Source: an uncultured bacterium (GTDB lineage Bacteria; Chlamydiota; Chlamydiia; Chlamydiales; SM23-39). Taken from it: a stretch of 64,000 nucleotides of DNA. Position 1 is the first letter of the stretch, and every line of letters starts with the position of its first letter. Below are positions 47,291 through 58,278 of the stretch, piece after piece. The notes beneath the pieces were generated by a model, which searched no databases, was not told the origin of the DNA, and worked only from the letters and a program-made list of their open reading frames with translations. The translations under genes were made by a program, and so were the position numbers. Location of the stretch: NCBI GenBank assembly GCA_963716985.1, contig OY970323.1, positions 1,952,001 through 2,016,000 on the forward strand, written 5' to 3'.

Positions 47291-49047
47291 CGTTTTTCTC
47301 CTGATAAAAAGAGCTCTTGGATATGGTTCGACTGAAGGGGTGCAAAATTGGGACGGCCGAGAGGATCTTTGCCGGGATCCTTGCAAGAAAAAAGTCTTTC
47401 CACAAGAATGTTTGCCTCTTCAATCGAATAGCTTTTCCGTCTCGCGCGGGCAAATGAGGAAACTTTTTCCGCCATACGTTGCAAAAAGACTCTTTTTTGC
47501 GCATCGCCATCTCCATAAGATGCGAGCTCTTCTACTATCAAGGAGAAGATGTTCCATACATCAGCGTCGGACACAAAGGAGGGAATTGCATCGATCGAAA
47601 GGCTTCTTTTCCCCAAAATACGCACCTCCCATCCCAAATGAAAAAAGAGCTTCTGTTTTTCTTCAATCTCCAGAATTTCTTCAGAGGGACGCTCGATCAT
47701 CAAAGGCACTAAAAGCGCTTGTCTTTCCTGAATGAACGCATGGGACTCTAAAAGGGCCTTTTCCATCGAATCAAAAAGAGTGCGGCTATAAGCGCCGGCA
47801 AGATCGATAAAGAAAAGCCTATTTTTCTCCTCATCGGAATATACTCTTTCTAATTCCACAAGATAGTAAGAGGCGATGATCTTCAATCCCACAAAAGAGT
47901 TCTTTTTCTTTTCAGGAAAAAGAAGGTCCGGCTGAAAGGAAGATGGTTGCTTTTTCTCCTCAAAAGCCATGAGGTGAGAGGTTTCTTCTTGCACCATCTG
48001 GAAGGGATCGATAGAAATTTGAGGCGCTTTAAAATCGGAAAAAAAAGAATGGTCGAGCTCTTCGGATATGGCTTGCGCTATCTTCTTTTTGAGAAGAAGC
48101 TCGTCTCTCAAGCGCACCTCTTTTTTTTGGGGGTGCACATTGACGTCGACCATCTCGGGATCTATTTCCAGGTGCATGACGAAAATCGGATGCATTCCCT
48201 CTGAAAGCCTCGTACCATACCCCTCGCGAACAGATCTGTCCACAAGCGGAGAAAAAACGGAGCGCCGATTGATCAGAAGATATTGGGAAGATCGGTTATA
48301 TTTGGCAAAAAGGGGCTTTCCGATCCATCCCACCAGACGAAAGAGAGCATCTGAAAAAGAAAGGGGAACCAGTTCAGAAAAAAACTCCTCTCCAAAAAGA
48401 GCTTTGATCCTCTTTTGCAGAGCCTCTTCAAAAGAAGACTCGCTCATCTCGACGTCGATCATCTTTGTCTCTTGGGACATCAATGAAAATCCCCTATTCG
48501 GATAGCCAAGGCACAGCCGCGTCAAGGTCCGATGCACATCCGCAGTGGAGGCTTTGATAGATTTTTGAAATCTCTTGCGCGCAGGAACGTTATAAAAAAG
48601 AGAGCTCACCTCGATGCTTGTCCCCATTTTTCTCGAAGTAGGCTCCATGCGCAAAACCTTTCCGCCCTCGACGACAAGCAGAGATGCTCTGTCTTCTCTA
48701 GATGCGCTCTCCATTTTCATTTTCGACACGGCCGCAATCGAGGCAAGCGCTTCCCCCCGGAATCCCATCGTTTGCAGATGCAAAAGATCTTCAAATTTTC
48801 TGATTTTGGAAGTGGCATGCCTTTTCAAGCTACAAAGAAGGTCCTCTCGGCTCATGCCGCATCCGTCATCGTGAATGCTAATCCTTTGCAATCCTCCCGC
48901 CATCAGCTGCACTTCCACCTTTTTGGCCCCGGCATCCAAAGAGTTCTCGACCAGCTCTTTCACTACCGATGCGGGATTTTCCACCACCTCTCCGGCCGCA
49001 ATCTGGTTGACGATCTCATCGGGAAGGATCTCTATGTTCGCAGGCAT
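47287..49047 (-). CDS. mutL: DNA mismatch repair protein MutL
   Basis: QIAAGEVVENPASVVKELVENSLDAGA, HATSKI, GFRGEALASI, DVNVHPQK. Confidence 0.98.
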   Translation of the reverse strand: MPANIEILPDEIVNQIAAGEVVENPASVVKELVENSLDAGAKKVEVQLMAGGLQRISIHDDGCGMSREDLLCSLKRHATSKIRKFEDLLHLQTMGFRGEALASIAAVSKMKMESASREDRASLLVVEGGKVLRMEPTSRKMGTSIEVSSLFYNVPARKRFQKSIKASTADVHRTLTRLCLGYPNRGFSLMSQETKMIDVEMSESSFEEALQKRIKALFGEEFFSELVPLSFSDALFRLVGWIGKPLFAKYNRSSQYLLINRRSVFSPLVDRSVREGYGTRLSEGMHPIFVMHLEIDPEMVDVNVHPQKKEVRLRDELLLKKKIAQAISEELDHSFFSDFKAPQISIDPFQMVQEETSHLMAFEEKKQPSSFQPDLLFPEKKKNSFVGLKIIASYYLVELERVYSDEEKNRLFFIDLAGAYSRTLFDSMEKALLESHAFIQERQALLVPLMIERPSEEILEIEEKQKLFFHLGWEVRILGKRSLSIDAIPSFVSDADVWNIFSLIVEELASYGDGDAQKRVFLQRMAEKVSSFARARRKSYSIEEANILVERLFSCKDPGKDPLGRPNFAPLQSNHIQELFLSGEKR

Positions 49048-49121
49048 AAAAAAACTCTCATTTTTCTTGATTTTACTTTATATCACAATTTTCTCTATCT
49101 TGAGAGCAAACTTTCTCTTTT

Positions 49122-50363
49122 ATGGAACAATATAAAAAAGCGCTTTTCATCGTTCAAACTCTCCAAAATGCCGGCTATCTTGCCTATTTTGCCGGCGGAT
49201 GGGTGCGCGATTTTCTCTTAAAAGCCCCCTCTGACGACATCGATATCGCCACGAATGCAACGCCCGATATTGTCCAATCCCTATTCCCCAAAACCATTCC
49301 CATCGGTCTTGCCTTTGGCATCCAACTCGTCGTGATCGAAAACCACTCCTTCGAAGTGGCCACTTTCCGTAAAGAGTCCGACTACCTAGACGGAAGACAT
49401 CCTTCCCACATCGAATTTTCCGATGCCAGACAGGATGCGATGCGACGGGATTTTACGATCAACGGCATGTTCTTCGACCCCGTTAAAGAAGAGGTGTTGG
49501 ATTTTGTCGAAGGAAAAAAAGATTTACAGAAAAAACTCCTACGCGCCATTGGCGATCCCGTCTCGCGGTTTCATGAAGATCGCCTGCGCATGATGCGAGC
49601 GGTGCGGCTTTCGACTAGGTTCGGCTTTTCTATTGAAAAGAAGACAAAAGAGGCCATACAGCGTTTTTCTCACGAGCTTTTTCCCTCCGTTGCCGTTGAG
49701 CGGATCTGGCAGGAGCTTGTCAAAATGGATCTCTATCCCCATTTGAAAGAAGGGCTTATCTCTCTTTTTGCATTGGGCCTTCTTACTGCAATTTTTCCAA
49801 AGCTATCCGATCTATCGAAAGATGAAATTGAAAAAAGGCTTTCTCGACTCGATAACTTTCCGAAAGCAGCTCCGTTGATTGCAAAAATTCTAGAGCTCTT
49901 TCCCTCTTTTTCTTTGGAAGAAGAGATCCACCTGTGCCAGTTTTTCAAACTCTCCAACAGCGAGGTCCGCTTTGTTCTTCTTATGAATGAGGCCAAAAAC
50001 CTCACGGACGAAAAAACCTCTCTTCAAGAATGGGCCCATTTTTATGCAAAAGAGGAAAGCTCTCTTGCACTCGCAATCCACTTCCTCCATTTTCCTTTAG
50101 AGGAAAAAAAACGCTTACTTATTGCAGATGAAAAGAGAAAAAAAACTTTAGAAAAAGCCGTTCTTCGCATCCAAAAAAAAGATCCCGTTTTGCAATCCGA
50201 ATTCCTCAAAGCGCATGGCATCCCTCCCGGGAAAAAAATGGGCCTTCTTTTAAAAGAAGGGGAAAAGATTGCCATCGAACAAAATCTAGACGATCCGTCC
50301 CAAGTGTTGGAAATGCTCAAGAAAACAGCTCTTTGGTCTCAAGAAGACAATGCATGTAAATGA
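49122..50363 (+). CDS. cca: CCA-adding tRNA nucleotidyltransferase / poly(A) polymerase family
   Basis: GGWVRD, DIDIAT, RRDFTIN, EDRLRMMRAVR. Confidence 0.9.
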   Translation: MEQYKKALFIVQTLQNAGYLAYFAGGWVRDFLLKAPSDDIDIATNATPDIVQSLFPKTIPIGLAFGIQLVVIENHSFEVATFRKESDYLDGRHPSHIEFSDARQDAMRRDFTINGMFFDPVKEEVLDFVEGKKDLQKKLLRAIGDPVSRFHEDRLRMMRAVRLSTRFGFSIEKKTKEAIQRFSHELFPSVAVERIWQELVKMDLYPHLKEGLISLFALGLLTAIFPKLSDLSKDEIEKRLSRLDNFPKAAPLIAKILELFPSFSLEEEIHLCQFFKLSNSEVRFVLLMNEAKNLTDEKTSLQEWAHFYAKEESSLALAIHFLHFPLEEKKRLLIADEKRKKTLEKAVLRIQKKDPVLQSEFLKAHGIPPGKKMGLLLKEGEKIAIEQNLDDPSQVLEMLKKTALWSQEDNACK

Positions 50364-50485
50364 GGCAGGGCCTCCTTTGCGCGATCCCCCATCGACTCAT
50401 CCAAGAGAGCTCTCGTGTGATTGCAACGGCATTAAAATACATTGCACATAAACCACTGTTATAATAATTTTTTTAGGACAAAAAC

Positions 50486-51796
50486 ATGAAAACCTTTTCA
50501 CAAGGCAAAAACATGGGAAAAAAGTTCATTGATATTTTTCAAATCTTTGAAAAAAAATTCTGTTGCAGCGTGCCGTTCTTTCTCGTTCTCCTATTGTTAT
50601 CCTGCAGCAATGTTTTTGCAAATGCTCTTTACGTGGCAAATTCTTTCACCAATAACGTCCGCGTTGTCGACACAACGACGAACACAATAGTTGGCCCTGC
50701 GATTGCCGTTGGAAATCACCCCTTTGGAATTGCGATGACCCCCGATGGTAGCTTTGCCTATGTGTCGTGCCTTGTAACGAATAACGTCTATGTCATTAAC
50801 ACGAAGACGAACACGGTGGTCGGGGCTCCAATTCCTGACGGCTCCGGACCCTACTTCGGAATAGTCGTTACCCCTGATGGGCGTTTTGTCTATGTAGCAA
50901 ATTATACCGGCAATTCTGTCACTGTCATCAGTACGGCAACAAATAGCGTGATTGCTACGATCCCATCTGTTGGGGCCAACCCTTTTGGAATTGCGCTTAC
51001 CCCCGACGGAAAATTCCTCTATGTAGCAAATAATGGCGCTAACAATGTTACTCTCATCAATACAGCAACGAACACGGTGGTCGGTACGATAACTGTCGGT
51101 TTGAATCCATTCGGAATAACGATTGCCCCTAATGGACGTTTTGCTTATGTGGCAAATAGTAATAGCAGCACCGTTTCCGTCATTAGCACGATAACCAATA
51201 TGGTAGTTGCCACGATACCTGTCGGTGTTTATCCCTATAGCCTTGCGGTTACCCCTGATGGACTCCATGTCTATGTGACGGACTCCACTGCGGGTACTGT
51301 CAGTATTATCGATACTATGACAAATACAGTCATTGATCCTCCCATACCCGTTGGTGTTGGACCCACTCAAGTTGTGATTTCCCCTGATGGAAGTACTGTG
51401 TATGTGACAAATTATTTTAACCCCAGCACCGTCTCTGTCATCAGTACGGCAACAAATACGGTAGTTACCACAATCGGCGGTTTCTCTGAAGCCGATGCGA
51501 TGGCGCTCAACCCTTTAGTGCCTCCTCTAGGTTTTATCGGCAGACAGAAAAAGAATGATTTTGGATTTGAATATGAAGTGGTCAATCATTTGGAGTGGAC
51601 GGCAGGCCCAACCTATGGGCTCAATATCAGTGGTTATTTTCTTTATCGCAATGGAGTCAAAATTGCGACTCTGGATGGCTTCACATTTCAATATAACGAT
51701 CGTTTCAGAAACAAAGGCAGCCACGCAACCTATACAATCACTGCATTTAATGCGGTTGGCCTTGAAAGCGCCCCTGTCAGTGTTAACGTCCCGTAA
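50486..51796 (+). CDS. Secreted YVTN (YncE-like) beta-propeller protein with a C-terminal FN3-like domain
   Basis: Signal peptide; ~7 repeats of the pattern P.GIA.TPDG..VYVAN...NSVTVI.TATN. Confidence 0.9.
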   Translation: MKTFSQGKNMGKKFIDIFQIFEKKFCCSVPFFLVLLLLSCSNVFANALYVANSFTNNVRVVDTTTNTIVGPAIAVGNHPFGIAMTPDGSFAYVSCLVTNNVYVINTKTNTVVGAPIPDGSGPYFGIVVTPDGRFVYVANYTGNSVTVISTATNSVIATIPSVGANPFGIALTPDGKFLYVANNGANNVTLINTATNTVVGTITVGLNPFGITIAPNGRFAYVANSNSSTVSVISTITNMVVATIPVGVYPYSLAVTPDGLHVYVTDSTAGTVSIIDTMTNTVIDPPIPVGVGPTQVVISPDGSTVYVTNYFNPSTVSVISTATNTVVTTIGGFSEADAMALNPLVPPLGFIGRQKKNDFGFEYEVVNHLEWTAGPTYGLNISGYFLYRNGVKIATLDGFTFQYNDRFRNKGSHATYTITAFNAVGLESAPVSVNVP

Positions 51797-51852
51797 GGAG
51801 ATTGACGCATCATCGATAGGTCCAGCGGACCCCCTTGCTTTTTTAGGAAATC

Positions 51853-53724
51853 TTAACAGACGCGAATGACCATCAGGGTGATATCGTCATATTGAGGCAT
51901 GCCTTTGGTGAATTCAGTGATCTCTTCGATGAGAGAGGCCGTCCATTCCTCCGATGTTTTTTTATCGTTGTAGAGCAAGAAGTTTTTCAGACGATTCCTT
52001 CCAAAGGCTTCTTTTTCCCGGTTGATGGCATCAAAAACTCCATCGGTATAAAGGAAGAGCAGATCTCCCTTTTCTAATGGAATCGACTGAAAGGGATAGG
52101 AATTTTCCGTTTCCACTCCCAATGCCATGGAAGAGGCTTGCAATTCGATGAGGGTGCGGTCCTTTTTTTTCAAGAAGGAAGGATAGTGGCCTGCGCTGGC
52201 ATAGTGAAGGATCTTTTTTTTCGGGTCATACAATCCCATCCAAAGAGTGACAAAGATGCCGCTGTCCTGACTATCTTGGCAGAAGAGCTGATTGGTTTTC
52301 GAAAGAATTTCGGAGAGGTTGGAGGAGTCCTGAGCAAATGCGCGAACCATGCTGCGGATCGATAGAGAATAGAGGCAAGCGGATATGCCCTTGCCGGAGG
52401 TATCTGCCATCACCATTGCGATGGAATCTTTTTGGGAAAAAAGATCATAAAAATCTCCCCCCACTTCTTTTGCGGGAAGATAGGAGCTTGCCACGTCAAA
52501 TTCTTCAAAATTGGGAAGGTGGGAGCCAATGAGATTTTCCTGGATTTCGGTTCCGATTTTGAGCTCGTTTTGATAAATCTCCTTTTGCAGCATTTCCGCT
52601 TCGGCCCTATTTTGATGCTCGATGACGGAGTCGATCATGTGGTTGAAGGATTTTCCAAGAACGTTGATCTCAAAGCCCAAAGAATCCGGAACAAAACGAG
52701 CGCTTATATCTCCTCCGGAAACTCTTTCCATCGTCGCATACAAAGAGCGCAAAGGGCGGGAGACGCGCCAGACGATCAACAGGGCAATGCCGCCTCCGAT
52801 CACGACGAAGGATGCAAGAAGAAGAAAAATTTCCGTCCAGTAACGGCTGGCAATCAGATCGGAAAAAGAGCCCTCCTGAATCGTTACCATAAGAGAGCCC
52901 TTCGGAATACGAAGGGCCTCGAGATTTGCCAGCAAATCCTGACCTTTTCCCATCTTGATAATATAGCCATCCTCCACCTTTTTCACGGGCTGAAGGGGAA
53001 GGTCTTTTCCCAGTGTTTTCCCTTCGAGCGAGGAAGAAGAGCTGACGATAATTTTATCTTGCTCATCTATGAAAGAAAGGTCCAGGTGGTAATAAAGAGG
53101 GATGGAAATCTGCAAGCTTTCAATCACAAAAGAAGCGGGAGCGGCAGAGATGAGCAGGCCCTTCGGCACGCCATTTTGAAAAATCGTTTTCGTTACGTAG
53201 AGGTGGTGGTCTTGATCATTCAGATCCTTGCCGAAGTAGGCAAAAGAGGTTTGAGAAAATGCCTTTTGCAAAAATTCACTGCCGGAAAAATATGGATCGT
53301 TCTTTTCGCTCATGGAGGAAAAAACACATCTCCAGTTGCGGCCGTCTGGCACCAGATAAAAAACGTTTGAAGGAAGCGTCTGCTGCGAGGGCCAGCGATC
53401 CTTCCATTGAAGAATGAGCGCCTCTCTTGTCTCCTCCCAGTGCAGCGATTGGGCAACCAGTTCCAAGATTTCTTTTTGCAGCTCGATCGTTTTTTCAACG
53501 AAATGGGCCCTTCCCTCAACAAAAAACCCGAGAGAAATCAAGATATCTTTCACCTCTTCCTGATAGCGGTGCTTATAGTTCAAAAGGCTATGAAAAAAGA
53601 GCGGAAAGACAAGAAAGATCAGGCTCGCAAAAAAAACCCGAATCGCAAGCGAAAAGTGCAGACGCCTTTTCCCCTTCTCGCTCTTTTCAGAAAATTCTTT
53701 GGGCAATATTGAAAAATGCTTCAT
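51853..53724 (-). CDS. rsbU: PP2C (SpoIIE) phosphatase with HAMP domain, RsbU-like
   Basis: Two TMs, HAMP, VGGDFYD, ADTSGKG, YTDG, DDIT. Confidence 0.9.
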   Translation of the reverse strand: MKHFSILPKEFSEKSEKGKRRLHFSLAIRVFFASLIFLVFPLFFHSLLNYKHRYQEEVKDILISLGFFVEGRAHFVEKTIELQKEILELVAQSLHWEETREALILQWKDRWPSQQTLPSNVFYLVPDGRNWRCVFSSMSEKNDPYFSGSEFLQKAFSQTSFAYFGKDLNDQDHHLYVTKTIFQNGVPKGLLISAAPASFVIESLQISIPLYYHLDLSFIDEQDKIIVSSSSSLEGKTLGKDLPLQPVKKVEDGYIIKMGKGQDLLANLEALRIPKGSLMVTIQEGSFSDLIASRYWTEIFLLLASFVVIGGGIALLIVWRVSRPLRSLYATMERVSGGDISARFVPDSLGFEINVLGKSFNHMIDSVIEHQNRAEAEMLQKEIYQNELKIGTEIQENLIGSHLPNFEEFDVASSYLPAKEVGGDFYDLFSQKDSIAMVMADTSGKGISACLYSLSIRSMVRAFAQDSSNLSEILSKTNQLFCQDSQDSGIFVTLWMGLYDPKKKILHYASAGHYPSFLKKKDRTLIELQASSMALGVETENSYPFQSIPLEKGDLLFLYTDGVFDAINREKEAFGRNRLKNFLLYNDKKTSEEWTASLIEEITEFTKGMPQYDDITLMVIRVC

Positions 53725-53748
53725 ACTATGGGAGTGGGCCTTTTTCGC

Positions 53749-54495
53749 ATGATAACAAAAAAAATTGAGAGTTTACAACACCCAATCGTCAAACACCTCG
53801 TCAAGCTCAGAGAAAATCGCGCTTGGAGAGAAGAGACAAAACGCGTGTTGATCTTTGGGAAAAAAATGGTGCGCGAGGTCGCACAAATCGCACCTATCCA
53901 TACCCTTCTCGTCTCTTCCGACGACCTTGTAGAGGATTGGAAAAGCGACACTCTTTATCGCACATCTTCTTCGGTCATGAAAAAAATTACGGGGATGAGC
54001 GCACCGGAGGGCATTGCCGCAGAGGTATCCCTTCCCCCCTCGCAAGATCTATCGTGTAAAAACTACCTTCTGGTTCTCGACAGAATTGCAGATCCCGGCA
54101 ATATGGGAACGTTGCTCAGGTCCGCTCTTGCGCTCGGGTGGGAAGGAGCACTACTCCTTGAAGGATGCGTCGATCCTTTCCATGAAAAGGCCCTTCGTGC
54201 CTCTATGGGAGCGAGCTTTTTTTTGCCCCTCTGTTTTTTTTCCGAGCAAGATCTTGCCGACCTTCTCGCTAAAAAGGGATTTCATGGATATCTCGCAGAC
54301 CTGCAAGGCGAGGCGGTTTCCGATCTCTCCTTTACAGCTCCCCTGCTGCTCATTTTGAGCAGCGAGGCGCATGGCCCTTCTGCATTTGCCGAAAAATTGT
54401 GCCGAAAGGTGTGCATCCCTATGAAAAAAAACGTAGATTCGCTCAACGTCTCGGTCGCCGGCGGCATCCTGATGTATGAGATGAGGCGCGCATGA
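53749..54495 (+). CDS. TrmH/SpoU-family RNA methyltransferase
   Basis: DPGNMGTLLRSA, IPM...DSLNVSVAGGI. Confidence 0.93.
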   Translation: MITKKIESLQHPIVKHLVKLRENRAWREETKRVLIFGKKMVREVAQIAPIHTLLVSSDDLVEDWKSDTLYRTSSSVMKKITGMSAPEGIAAEVSLPPSQDLSCKNYLLVLDRIADPGNMGTLLRSALALGWEGALLLEGCVDPFHEKALRASMGASFFLPLCFFSEQDLADLLAKKGFHGYLADLQGEAVSDLSFTAPLLLILSSEAHGPSAFAEKLCRKVCIPMKKNVDSLNVSVAGGILMYEMRRA

Positions 54496-55559
54496 GTCAT
54501 TTCGACATCGAAGAAGATTTTTTTCGCGATCGCAAAGAGTATAAAAGAAAGCGAAAACGCAAACAGAGGCTCGACCGCTCCAAGTTCAAAAAAAGCGATC
54601 AGAAAACAGCTGAAAAAAAAGATCTTTCTGCCGATCTGTTGCGCGGAAGAGTTCTTTCCATCCAGGGAGAAGCCATACTCGTTGCCACTTCCGATGAGGA
54701 GTTTTTCTGCTCCCTTCGAGGCCTTTTGAAAAAGAAACGAACCGATCACAAAAACCTGCTCGCGGTCGGCGATTTTGTCCATTTTTCCAAAAATGATCTT
54801 GCCATCGAATACGTAGAAGAGAGGAGATCCTTTCTTTCGCGGCAGGATATGGTGAGAAAAAAGATGCAGATCATCGCCGTCAATATCGACCAGGTGCTCA
54901 TCACCACCTCGATTGTAGAGCCCACCTTAAAGCCCTCTCTTGTGGACCGCTATATCATCGCGGCCAGAAAAGGAAATATGAACGCTCTGATCATCGTCAA
55001 TAAGATCGATCTTCTTCCGAAAGCTTCGGAAGAAGAAAAGTGGATCTATGAGGAGTTCGTCCGCACTTTTTCCGCTCTTGGCTACCCCCTCTTTTGCGTC
55101 AGCACCCGTACGGAGGAGGGAGTCGACAAGCTGGTTACCGCCATGAAAGATAAAGCCTCGGTATTTGCAGGCCAATCGGGCGTGGGAAAAACCTCTTTGA
55201 TCAACTTCATTGAAAAGAAAAATCTCAAAACACTTTCCTTAACCAAAAAGACAAGAAAGGGAAGCCATGCCACCACAAAAGCAGAGCTCATTCCCCTAAC
55301 AAACGGCGGCTTTTGCATCGACACTCCCGGCATTCGGAGCTTTGGCATATGGAAGCTGGAGAAAAAAGATCTCATCGAACATTTCTTCGAGATGATTCCC
55401 TTTAGCAAAAAATGCCGCTATACCGACTGCTCGCACAGATCCGAGCCTCGGTGCATGGTCAGGAAAGCCGTAGAGAAGGGAGCCATCTCTTCCTTGCGTT
55501 TTGATTCCTATTTAAGTTTAATGGAAAGCATAGAACATCCAACGGAAGAAAGATTATGA
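54492..55559 (+). CDS. rsgA: Ribosome small subunit-dependent GTPase RsgA
   Basis: [17 protein letters not shown]-terminal [14 protein letters not shown]. Confidence 0.96.
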   Translation: MSHFDIEEDFFRDRKEYKRKRKRKQRLDRSKFKKSDQKTAEKKDLSADLLRGRVLSIQGEAILVATSDEEFFCSLRGLLKKKRTDHKNLLAVGDFVHFSKNDLAIEYVEERRSFLSRQDMVRKKMQIIAVNIDQVLITTSIVEPTLKPSLVDRYIIAARKGNMNALIIVNKIDLLPKASEEEKWIYEEFVRTFSALGYPLFCVSTRTEEGVDKLVTAMKDKASVFAGQSGVGKTSLINFIEKKNLKTLSLTKKTRKGSHATTKAELIPLTNGGFCIDTPGIRSFGIWKLEKKDLIEHFFEMIPFSKKCRYTDCSHRSEPRCMVRKAVEKGAISSLRFDSYLSLMESIEHPTEERL

Positions 55560-56833
55560 GCGATATTTCCTCTCTTCATGCAATTGAAATACTCGATTCT
55601 CGAGGCAATCCAACGGTAGAAGTGGTTTTGACCACGCAAAAGGGAACCGTTGTACGATCAAAAATTCCCTCCGGCGCATCTACCGGCGCGCATGAAGCGA
55701 TCGAACTGAGAGACAAAGATCCCAAAAGATATAGGGGCAAAGGAGTTCTCTTAGCTCTTTCTCACGTAAACGGACCACTTCATTCTCTTCTTTGCGGCCG
55801 ATCCATCTTCGAGCAAGAGAAAAGAGATCTAGAGATGATTCAAGCCGATGGCACGCCCAACAAATCCCGCTTGGGCGCCAATGCCCTCTTGGGCGTCTCC
55901 CTTGCCATTGCCATGGCAGCAGCAGCGGAAAGAGGACAGCCTCTCTACCGCTATCTTCTTCAGGGAAAAGAAATCTGCCTTCCCTGCCCCATGATGAATA
56001 TTCTCAACGGAGGCGCGCATGCCGACAATCTTCTCGAGATACAAGAGTTCATGATCCGCCCGATCGGAGCCTCTTCGTTCAAAGAAGCCGTGCGCATGGG
56101 AAGCGAGGTATTCCATACTTTACAATCGATTCTCAAGAAAAAGGGGTATGCTACAGCAGTCGGCGACGAGGGGGGCTTTGCACCCAAAATCTCTTCTGCC
56201 GAAGAAGCGCTCGATCTGATTTGTCTTGCCATTGAAACCGCAGGCTATCGTCTCAAACAAGAGATTTCTTTGGCGCTCGACGTGGCGGCGTCGGAGTTTT
56301 TCGAAGGGGGAAAATACGTCGAGAAAAAGAAAGAAGCGCTTGGCTCTTCCTTTGCCAAACGCTCCTCCCAAGAGCAGATCGACTATTTATCCTCTCTTTG
56401 CCGCAAATACCCGATCGATTCCATCGAAGACGGGTTGGATCAAAATGATTGGGATGGGTGGAAAAAGCTCACCGAACAGCTGGGCAAAAAAGTGCAAATT
56501 GTCGGTGACGACCTTTTCGTCACGAACAGCTCTTTTCTCAAAAAGGGCATCGAGACCAAGACAGCCAATGCCATCCTCATCAAACTCAATCAAATCGGCA
56601 CTCTTACCGAGACCATGCAAACCATCCACCTCGCCCAAAAAAATGGCTATAAAACCGTTATATCCCACAGATCGGGCGAAACGGAGGACACTTTTATTGC
56701 CGATCTTTCCGTTGCATGCAACGCCCGCCAGATCAAAACCGGCTCTCTTTGTAGATCCGACAGAGTCGCCAAATACAACCGCCTTCTAGAAATTGAGGAC
56801 GAGGTAGGGAAAGAGGCCAAATATTTTCGCTAG
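55556..56833 (+). CDS. eno: Enolase
   Basis: [41 protein letters not shown]. Confidence 0.98.
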   Translation: MSDISSLHAIEILDSRGNPTVEVVLTTQKGTVVRSKIPSGASTGAHEAIELRDKDPKRYRGKGVLLALSHVNGPLHSLLCGRSIFEQEKRDLEMIQADGTPNKSRLGANALLGVSLAIAMAAAAERGQPLYRYLLQGKEICLPCPMMNILNGGAHADNLLEIQEFMIRPIGASSFKEAVRMGSEVFHTLQSILKKKGYATAVGDEGGFAPKISSAEEALDLICLAIETAGYRLKQEISLALDVAASEFFEGGKYVEKKKEALGSSFAKRSSQEQIDYLSSLCRKYPIDSIEDGLDQNDWDGWKKLTEQLGKKVQIVGDDLFVTNSSFLKKGIETKTANAILIKLNQIGTLTETMQTIHLAQKNGYKTVISHRSGETEDTFIADLSVACNARQIKTGSLCRSDRVAKYNRLLEIEDEVGKEAKYFR

Positions 56834-56956
56834 ACTTTTATCTATCTTATATAGAAAGAGTTGTTCTTAAAAAAACCACAGACTAAAAAATCCCCTTCGC
56901 TTCCTCTCATTGAAAAAAAATCCCCAACCTCTTATGGAAAGAAATAGGAGGGCAGA

Positions 56957-57334
56957 ATGTTGCATCTGATGGCGCTTTTTGGAGAGGCAGAGAGAGGGCC
57001 TCTTCACACTCCTGTGTTATTGCATTCGTTAGAAGATCTTCTCGAACGGGTGGGCATGCCACCCCAAGAAAGTTTGGGAGTATCTTTTGCCGTTCAAGCG
57101 CTTCTTTGCAAACACTCGCTTCTTTATTTTCGAGTAGACGAGGAGGGGTTTAGCAAAGAAGATTATCTCATTGGCCTTCACCTGCTCTTACAGAAAAAAG
57201 AAAGACTCTCCGCCATCGGCCTTCCCAACGTTAGCGATGAAGAGATCATCCAAGCGGCAATTGCTCTTTGCGAAGAGAACAAAGCGCTGCTTCTCACGAC
57301 GGAAAAAGATTTTTATGATTATCTCACATCTTAA
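56957..57334 (+). CDS. Conserved chlamydial hypothetical protein
   Basis: 125-aa ORF with GGAGG RBS; ALFGEAERG...YFRVDEEGFS. Confidence 0.8.
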   Translation: MLHLMALFGEAERGPLHTPVLLHSLEDLLERVGMPPQESLGVSFAVQALLCKHSLLYFRVDEEGFSKEDYLIGLHLLLQKKERLSAIGLPNVSDEEIIQAAIALCEENKALLLTTEKDFYDYLTS

Positions 57335-57963
57335 GAAAAATATTCTTCCGCTTTAGAAAGCCATGGTTCTTTTCCGATTTCCGTCTCGCCCCCATGACCC
57401 GGGATCACCCGCGTTCTTGGAGGAAGGAGAGAGAGCTTTTTGCAAGACCTCCACATTAACGAAGCGGAAGAGGTCGGCAGCGCAATCGTTCCGATGCATC
57501 CTTGGAAAAGGGTGTCGCCGGAGAGCAAAACCCTCTCTTCCGGAAGATAGAAACAGATGCTTCCCGGCGTATGGCCGGGAGTGTGCAAAACGCGAAGCAA
57601 AATTTTGCCCACGAAAAACTCCTCTCCATCTTTCAAAAAATGATCCGGCTTGCACCCCTCAACTTTTTTTACACTTGGAATATGATCGCTTCCGGGATCT
57701 TCTAAATTCGGCGCATCTTTACGATGGATCCAGATCGGAAGTGATTTTTCCTTTTTAAAAAGACATGCCTCAAAAATATGATCCCAATGAGAGTGGGTGA
57801 GTAAAACCTTCGTCAAAAGAAGTTGGTGCGCATCCGCAAAAGAAGGAACAGAGGAAAACGCCCCTTCCGCAGGATCGACCACCACTGCCTCCTGTGTTTT
57901 TTCGCATCCTAAAAGGATGACGTTGTTTCGCAGAGGGCCGCATACGAATTTCTTTAAAATCAT
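57331..57963 (-). CDS. Metallo-beta-lactamase-fold hydrolase (glyoxalase II-like)
   Basis: THSHWDH, HTPGHTPG, SGDTLF, PGHG. Confidence 0.93.
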   Translation of the reverse strand: MILKKFVCGPLRNNVILLGCEKTQEAVVVDPAEGAFSSVPSFADAHQLLLTKVLLTHSHWDHIFEACLFKKEKSLPIWIHRKDAPNLEDPGSDHIPSVKKVEGCKPDHFLKDGEEFFVGKILLRVLHTPGHTPGSICFYLPEERVLLSGDTLFQGCIGTIALPTSSASLMWRSCKKLSLLPPRTRVIPGHGGETEIGKEPWLSKAEEYFS

Positions 57964-58042
57964 AAAAATGAGATCTTTGAATTCTTAAAATTCACTATAC
58001 AAAAACAAGGAAAAACAACAAAGAATATCAGAACAAAAAAAG

Positions 58043-58116
58043 CGCACCGGAGAGGATTTGAACCTCTAACCGCCCGGTTCGTAGCCGGGTACTCTATCCA
58101 ATTGAGCTACCGGTGC
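58043..58116 (-). tRNA. tRNA-Arg(ACG), CCA not encoded
   Basis: GCACCGGTAGCTCAATTGGATAGAGTACCCGGCT-ACG-AACCGGGCGGTTAGAGGTTCAAATCCTCTCCGGTGCG. Confidence 0.97.
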
Positions 58117-58278
58117 CTGTGGAAAGAGTATCATCCATGAGCTAGAGGGTTTAATTCAAGAAATTTTCCTGAAAAAAATTCGCTATCTCAAGAAGAGAGC
58201 AAAGAAACTTAATTGCTCTCTTCAAAACAAGATTTAAAAAAATTTCTTTGCTCGCCACTCTGAGCCAAGAAAAAACTT

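Noticed and set aside
50620..51500. DNA repeats as a novel array
   Set aside because: These are ordinary diverged YVTN beta-propeller blades.
52432..53370. Long antisense ORFs (also 4261-4974, 46517-47191, 50597-51370)
   Set aside because: Shadows of well-supported genes on the opposite strand, with no motifs.
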